Shown here piece by piece: positions 59,447 to 64,000 of a stretch of 64,000 nucleotides of DNA. The translations under genes and the position numbers were made by a program. The notes below the pieces were generated by a model. It did no database searches. It worked only from the letters and a program-made list of their open reading frames with translations, and was not told the DNA's origin. Every line of letters begins with the position of its first letter. The first letter of the stretch is position 1. This stretch comes from Nanobdellota archaeon (lineage in GTDB: Archaea; Nanobdellota; Nanobdellia; Pacearchaeales; GW2011-AR1): positions 5,997 to 69,996 of the forward strand of contig JAKADZ010000001.1 in the NCBI GenBank assembly GCA_021818475.1, written 5' to 3'.

Positions 59447-59811
59447 ATTACTTCCAGTTTTCCGTTGCCTCTTATCGTCAGCTTATGATTCTTTATTTTG
59501 CTTTTTATTTCTCTGTCGAGAGTTGCAATGATATAATCTTTGTTTTCCCGTGCAATTTTTACAATTCCATTGTCAACATTTTTTACATTCAGGGATATTG
59601 TTTCGAATTCATTTTTCTTCATAAGAGCAATTGCAATTTTTCCCTCGTCGCTGAATTTTTTCTTTCCCGTTTCAATTATTTTTCTCAGCTCTTCTTTTAC
59701 TTCTTCAGGAATTATGATATTTAATCCCATAAATTTTATCTCATGAAAAAAATCTATTTTTTTCCTTATGCATGACAGAATAAAATTTGTGTCAAGGACA
59801 GCATATTTCAT
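59443..59811 (-). CDS. PIN-domain protein (Fcf1-like)
   Basis: 122 aa with MKYAVLDTNFIL, EEVKEEL and ATLDREIKSKI. Confidence 0.75.
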   Translation of the reverse strand: MKYAVLDTNFILSCIRKKIDFFHEIKFMGLNIIIPEEVKEELRKIIETGKKKFSDEGKIAIALMKKNEFETISLNVKNVDNGIVKIARENKDYIIATLDREIKSKIKNHKLTIRGNGKLEVI

Positions 59812-59876
59812 CCTTTATCCAGTCAAAATGAATATAAAAACTTAACATTTATTAATCAGGTTTTCTTAATTTAATT

Positions 59877-60440
59877 ATGCAGGAAAAAGAGAATGTTCTG
59901 AGGATTCTTCGGGAAGCAAAAATTGCGATTAAAAATAATGACTCTATGCAGTTAAAAGAACTAAGTGACCAAACGATTCATACTGCTTCAATCACACAGG
60001 ACCCGGATAATATTGCAGTGGCGGTAAGCATTTATTCTTTAAGTAAAATAATTGAAAGAAAAAAATATCAGGAATTTAAAGGATGGAATATTTTTTATCA
60101 ATCCCTTATTTCTCTGTTCGATAATTTGCTTGCAGCAATAACAAAAAATAATGATAAAACAATAAAAGATGATCTTATGAAAATTGAAAAATTAATTTCA
60201 AATCTTTCCGGTGATTTGAAAGTGTATATCCAGGATGTTTTCAGAAAAGCTCAGATAAACAAAGCATCAAAAATCTACGAGCACGGAATTTCGATGGAAA
60301 AAACTGCACACCTTTTGGGAATTACTATGTTTGAACTTGCAAGTTATGCGGGACAGAAACCGGAAATTTCAGAACTTCCTCTCGGACAAACTCTCGACGT
60401 AAAATCAAGACTTAAATTAGCTCAGGATATGTTTAAATGA
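59877..60440 (+). CDS. Hypothetical protein with a possible C-terminal HTH
   Basis: 187 aa with ISMEKTAHLLGITMFELASYAG. Confidence 0.5.
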   Translation: MQEKENVLRILREAKIAIKNNDSMQLKELSDQTIHTASITQDPDNIAVAVSIYSLSKIIERKKYQEFKGWNIFYQSLISLFDNLLAAITKNNDKTIKDDLMKIEKLISNLSGDLKVYIQDVFRKAQINKASKIYEHGISMEKTAHLLGITMFELASYAGQKPEISELPLGQTLDVKSRLKLAQDMFK

Positions 60441-60703
60441 TATTCGACATTTACCAAATTGCAGGATGGATTGGAATGATTTTGCTTATTATTGCATATT
60501 TCTTATTATCAATAAAAAAATTGAAATTTAATTCCCTTGTTTATCAATTGCTGAATTTATTTGGTTCAGTCGGAATAATAGCCAGCACAGTTGCAACTAA
60601 TTCCTGGCCTACAGTAACTCTTAATGTGCTTTGGTTTGGGATTGCAGGTTTTTCTATTTTTAAAATAATAACAATTAAACCAGTCTACAAAGAATTAAAA
60701 TGA
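60437..60703 (+). CDS. Small membrane protein (3 TM helices)
   Basis: 88 aa, with 4-nt overlaps to both neighbours. Confidence 0.5.
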   Translation: MIFDIYQIAGWIGMILLIIAYFLLSIKKLKFNSLVYQLLNLFGSVGIIASTVATNSWPTVTLNVLWFGIAGFSIFKIITIKPVYKELK

Positions 60704-61386
60704 ACAGCCAAAAAGTGATTATATTTGATTCAGGGACTTTGATAAACTTTGCAATGAACGGTCTTCTTCAGGAATTTCGCGGATTAAAAAAAATATTTCC
60801 CGGGAAGTTTATAATAACGAGGGAAGTTAAAATGGAAATAATAGACAGGCCATTGACAATTAAGCGATTTGAACTTGAAGCATTAAAACTAAATGAACTT
60901 CTCGAGGAAAATATTCTGGAAATGCCTTATGTTTTGGGGATGGAGGATAATAAAATTTCAAATGCTACTGCAGAAATTCATAACATTGCGAATAATACTT
61001 TTTTTGGACGGGAAAATGCAATTCACATTACCGACTTGGGTGAAGAATCCTGCATCGCGTTGAGCAAATTACTTAATGAAAAAAATATTGTAAATGTTAT
61101 TTCTACCGACGAGAGGACAATAAGGGTTCTCGGGGAAAAACCGGAAAATCTGCTTTCATTATTACAGAAAAAACTGCACACCCAGATAAATGCCAAAACA
61201 GAAAATTACAAATTCTTTCAGGGATTCAGATTTATACGTTCCTCTGAATTGATTTACATAGCATATAAAAAAGGAATTGTAAAACTAAAAAATCATGATG
61301 TTCTTGATGCATTGCTTTATGCAATGAAGTTTAACGGATGCGCAATCTCCGACGAGGAAATTGCTGAGCTAAAAAGAATGAAGTAA
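60700..61386 (+). CDS. Hypothetical protein, possibly PIN-like
   Basis: 228 aa. The acidic residues in IIFDSGT, REVKMEI, LGEES and STDERT are spaced as in PIN folds; this is tentative. Confidence 0.45.
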   Translation: MNSQKVIIFDSGTLINFAMNGLLQEFRGLKKIFPGKFIITREVKMEIIDRPLTIKRFELEALKLNELLEENILEMPYVLGMEDNKISNATAEIHNIANNTFFGRENAIHITDLGEESCIALSKLLNEKNIVNVISTDERTIRVLGEKPENLLSLLQKKLHTQINAKTENYKFFQGFRFIRSSELIYIAYKKGIVKLKNHDVLDALLYAMKFNGCAISDEEIAELKRMK

Positions 61387-61397
61387 CCGGACTTAGG

Positions 61398-61410
61398 AAC
61401 ATTTAAATAA
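61398..61410 (+). promoter_or_regulatory. TATA-like box AACATTTAAATAA
   Basis: Centred about 26 nt upstream of ATG 61431. Confidence 0.4.
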
Positions 61411-61430
61411 CCTCATTCTTCTCACATTTT

Positions 61431-61862
61431 ATGGCAATTAAAGATAAAGACAAAGTAACTTTAGATTATGAAGGAAGATTTGAAAACGGAGAAGTTTTCG
61501 ATACTTCAAAACATGGAGATCATTCTCATCCTTTGACTTTTACAATAGGGGAAGGAAATGTTATTCCCGGATTTGAAAAAGCAGTTATCGGGATGGAAGT
61601 TAATGAAGAAAAAGAATTTTCAATAGAACCCGAAGATGCTTATGGAATGCCTGATGAAAGATTAGTTCAGGAAATTCCAAAAACAGCTTTGCCATCAGAG
61701 CCGGAAGCACAGGTTGGAATGACTTTGGTTATGCAGACTCCTCAGGGAGATATCCCCGTTGTTATTTCAGAAGTAAAAGCAGATTCAGTTGTTCTGAACT
61801 TAAATCATCCTCTCGCAGGAAAGAAATTAATTTTCAAGATTAAAGTTTTGAAAGTTGAGTGA
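61431..61862 (+). CDS. FKBP-type peptidyl-prolyl isomerase (SlyD-like, with IF insert)
   Basis: 143 aa with VTLDYEGRFENGEVFDTS and GEGNVIPGFEKAVIGM. Confidence 0.88.
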   Translation: MAIKDKDKVTLDYEGRFENGEVFDTSKHGDHSHPLTFTIGEGNVIPGFEKAVIGMEVNEEKEFSIEPEDAYGMPDERLVQEIPKTALPSEPEAQVGMTLVMQTPQGDIPVVISEVKADSVVLNLNHPLAGKKLIFKIKVLKVE

Positions 61863-61929
61863 TAATTCTTAAAAAATTGGTGCGGAAGTTGAAATAGAAA
61901 ATTTCTTATTCCTACCAAATCAATCGTTC

Positions 61930-61940
61930 ATGGGCGCGGA
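61930..61940 (-). repeat. Duplicate of the 3' end of tRNA-Trp (11 nt)
   Basis: atgggcgcgga at 61930..61940 equals 61981..61991. On the minus strand the copy is followed by TGAACGA, the family A unit start. Confidence 0.7.
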
Positions 61941-61981
61941 CTGAAAATAGGAAATTTTCGTCTTGTGTCCATTCTAACGAA

Positions 61982-62092
61982 TGGGCGCGGAGGGAGTCGA
62001 ACCCCCATATGCTGCTCTCTCTGCAAATCTGCAAGATTGAGAATCTATGATTCGCTCTGGAGGCAGCCAGTCTGCCGTTGGCCTACGCACCC
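61982..62092 (-). tRNA. tRNA-Trp (anticodon CCA) with a 40-nt intron
   Basis: Acceptor GGGTGCG/CGCGCCC (one G-T), anticodon stem GCTGC/GCAGC, loop CTCCAG-intron-A, T arm GGGGG-TTCGACT-CCCTC. The D stem has one mismatch. Confidence 0.7.
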
Positions 62093-62131
62093 AAACTAAA
62101 ATATTAGAAAAATCTTGTTTTTAATGTTTTC

Positions 62132-63184
62132 TTATTCTCTCAAATCTTCAATCATTTCAAAAATTTCATTTATCTTTGCTTCGCTGAATAAAGGAATTAA
62201 ATCTTCCTTCTTAACTGACAAGATTCCATTAAGGTTTTTGAAATTTTTAATCAGATTCTCTATATCTTCCGGGTACATACCTTCTTTCCCAAGAGCTCTG
62301 TATCCTTTTGGAACAATAAAATCTTCACTGACTCCAAGACACTGTTTTATATTTTCAGTATCTAAAAGCTCATCGTAAGTGAGAACAGAAAGTATTCTTT
62401 TGGATTTCTGGAGCCCAAATTTGGAATAATCCATAATTGTATCATCAACTTCTTTGTCAACTTTATGAAGCAATTCTTTTAATCGGGATTTTACAATCGT
62501 GCCTTCTGTACCGAGTTCTATTAGATACATTTTCAGAGGTTCTGAGGTATTGTGAATAATCATCCCTCTCTGAATCAGCAAAAGCGCCTTTATCAACCGG
62601 GGATTTTTCCTGACTTCTTCTTTATCCAAATCCATTCTGTTTCTGTCAAATATATCTTTATGTTTTTCAACAATCTGCAGGGTTTCTGTAGCTCTTCTGA
62701 TAATGTCATTTGTATCTCTTATTACATATTTCAGATTTTTATAAAAAAGGGCAATCTCATCTCTTCTCTGGGAAACTGCTATAACCATGGTTCCTGCTTG
62801 TTTGGCTGTTCTCTCTGCTGCCTTGTGCCTTGTGCCTGTTTCTTCCGAAGGAATAGAATTATCTGGGGTGAGCAAAACATTGGCGTAAAGAATTTTTTTC
62901 AGGTCTTCAGAAATTATTATTGCTCCGTCCATCTTTCCGAGTTCAACAATCTTCTGGGGGGTAAATCTTGCATTTATTTTAAAACCCCCTTCAAAAAGAT
63001 TTTGGATAAAATCATTGTATGCCACAATCAGTCCGCCGGTTTTCGCCTTCTGAACTCCTTCAATGGCTGTTCTCAGAAAAGTTCCCGGTGCAATAAGTCT
63101 TAATATCTCCCCAATTTCTGCCTCTTTAATCTGTTTCTTCCCTTCCACAAGCCGTGATTGAATCTCTTTTTTTTCCTCTTCCAT
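62132..63184 (-). CDS. disA: DisA-type diadenylate cyclase (DNA integrity scanning protein)
   Basis: 350 aa, colinear with bacterial DisA: LIAPGT.LR, TGGLIV, KMDGAIIIS (DGA), ETGTRHKAAERTAKQ (RHR-type), a linker, and a C-terminal HhH-like end. Confidence 0.88.
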   Translation of the reverse strand: MEEEKKEIQSRLVEGKKQIKEAEIGEILRLIAPGTFLRTAIEGVQKAKTGGLIVAYNDFIQNLFEGGFKINARFTPQKIVELGKMDGAIIISEDLKKILYANVLLTPDNSIPSEETGTRHKAAERTAKQAGTMVIAVSQRRDEIALFYKNLKYVIRDTNDIIRRATETLQIVEKHKDIFDRNRMDLDKEEVRKNPRLIKALLLIQRGMIIHNTSEPLKMYLIELGTEGTIVKSRLKELLHKVDKEVDDTIMDYSKFGLQKSKRILSVLTYDELLDTENIKQCLGVSEDFIVPKGYRALGKEGMYPEDIENLIKNFKNLNGILSVKKEDLIPLFSEAKINEIFEMIEDLRE

Positions 63185-63244
63185 TTTTTGATAGAGATTT
63201 ATAGTCGCTTTCTTTAAAAAACTTTATGTAACTATCTTAATGGG

Positions 63245-63979
63245 TTACCCTAATAGTTTTTTTATCTTTCCGAAGTTGTAAACCTTTTCTTCCCCTACAG
63301 CATGCACATCAAAATTCATGAGAATTTTTTTGGGAATTATTGAAAAATAATCTTCATATTCATTTTCTATATTATTTATCGTCGTCCCTTCGATAGTTGC
63401 GAGAAAACTGGGGAGAACAATAGTTTCTTTTCCCCTGAATTTTCCTGTGAGAAAACATTTGTATTTTTCTTTTTTTATATTCTGTTCGTCGGAAAGTAAT
63501 ACTGAAGGATGAAGATGGCCTATAACAATTGTTTTTATTTTTTTATCCAAAATCTCAGGAAACAAAAGATGTCCGTGAGTAAATGCAAGTTCTCCTTCGA
63601 TAAAATAATCTTTAAGCCTGTCGCTGAAAGAATAATCAATTGTATCGTGATTTCCTTTTATCAGGATTATATTTTTATCCTCAATATATTTTGTTAAAAA
63701 ATTAATAATTTCCTTAAAATAATTTTTTTCTTTCCATTCGTAGGAAAATGAATGTTTTATGTCTCCGATAAATACAATTTTTTTAAGTTTGAATTTTTTA
63801 TCCCGGATTTCTTCAAAAATTTTTTTTAATTCTTCTTTTATCTCTTCTATCTGCATTTCTGGAACGAGCAATCCCGACTGCTGCAGTTTATATTCAAAAC
63901 CAAGATGCAAATCTCCGACTGCAAGAATCCCTTCCTTGGGAAAGAACAGCGTTTTGCCGATAAAGATATAATTCTTCAT
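63245..63979 (-). CDS. Metallophosphoesterase (MJ0037/TIGR00024-like)
   Basis: 244 aa with GDLHLG, FIGDIKH, GNHD and GHLHP. Confidence 0.8.
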   Translation of the reverse strand: MKNYIFIGKTLFFPKEGILAVGDLHLGFEYKLQQSGLLVPEMQIEEIKEELKKIFEEIRDKKFKLKKIVFIGDIKHSFSYEWKEKNYFKEIINFLTKYIEDKNIILIKGNHDTIDYSFSDRLKDYFIEGELAFTHGHLLFPEILDKKIKTIVIGHLHPSVLLSDEQNIKKEKYKCFLTGKFRGKETIVLPSFLATIEGTTINNIENEYEDYFSIIPKKILMNFDVHAVGEEKVYNFGKIKKLLG

Positions 63980-64000
63980 TTGACTTAAGAAGATAAAGGA

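Noticed and set aside
61982-62092. A C/D box sRNA inside the tRNA-Trp intron, as in some Euryarchaeota
   Set aside because: The intron is only about 40 nt and contains no RUGAUGA or CUGA boxes.

Overview
AT-rich archaeal segment (G+C looks like about one third by eye, not computed), densely packed with short genes. It is archaeal because it encodes a thermosome, Elp3, ribosomal proteins eL33 (L35Ae), uL16 (L10e), eS24 and eS31 (S27ae), the Rpo7(E')-Spt4 operon, class-III signal-peptide pilin-like proteins, and six tRNAs, four with canonical 37/38 introns. The small gene sizes, reduced enzymes and many surface proteins look DPANN-like; this is inference only. Main contents, left to right: (1) a giant secreted fibre protein of more than 1540 aa, running off the left edge and missing from the ORF track; (2) a tRNA-Ile/tRNA-Glu cluster embedded in tandem and mosaic repeats, plus a MazF-like toxin-antitoxin pair; (3) housekeeping genes including an MTAP-APRT fusion; (4) an operon of three secreted proteins; (5) a tRNA-Gly/DUF2127 cassette bracketed by a perfect 60-bp inverted repeat next to tRNA-Val; (6) a ribosomal-protein operon with two unknown inserts; (7) a GluRS lacking its anticodon-binding domain; (8) a tRNA-His/hisS cluster; (9) a Type I restriction-modification locus in which hsdR is separated from hsdS and hsdM by six tightly coupled unknown genes behind their own palindromic operator and promoter; (10) a radical SAM/SPASM gene, the ribosomal protein/RNA polymerase operon, and a bacterial-type DisA. 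The best candidate for an undescribed system is the cargo-bearing Type I R-M operon (45.37-51.42 kb). The most unusual non-coding signals are a 22-nt covarying hairpin found 53-102 nt downstream of seven gene ends, and 58-62-bp tandem repeats physically tied to tRNA 3' ends. All functional calls come from reading the translations; no database search was run.
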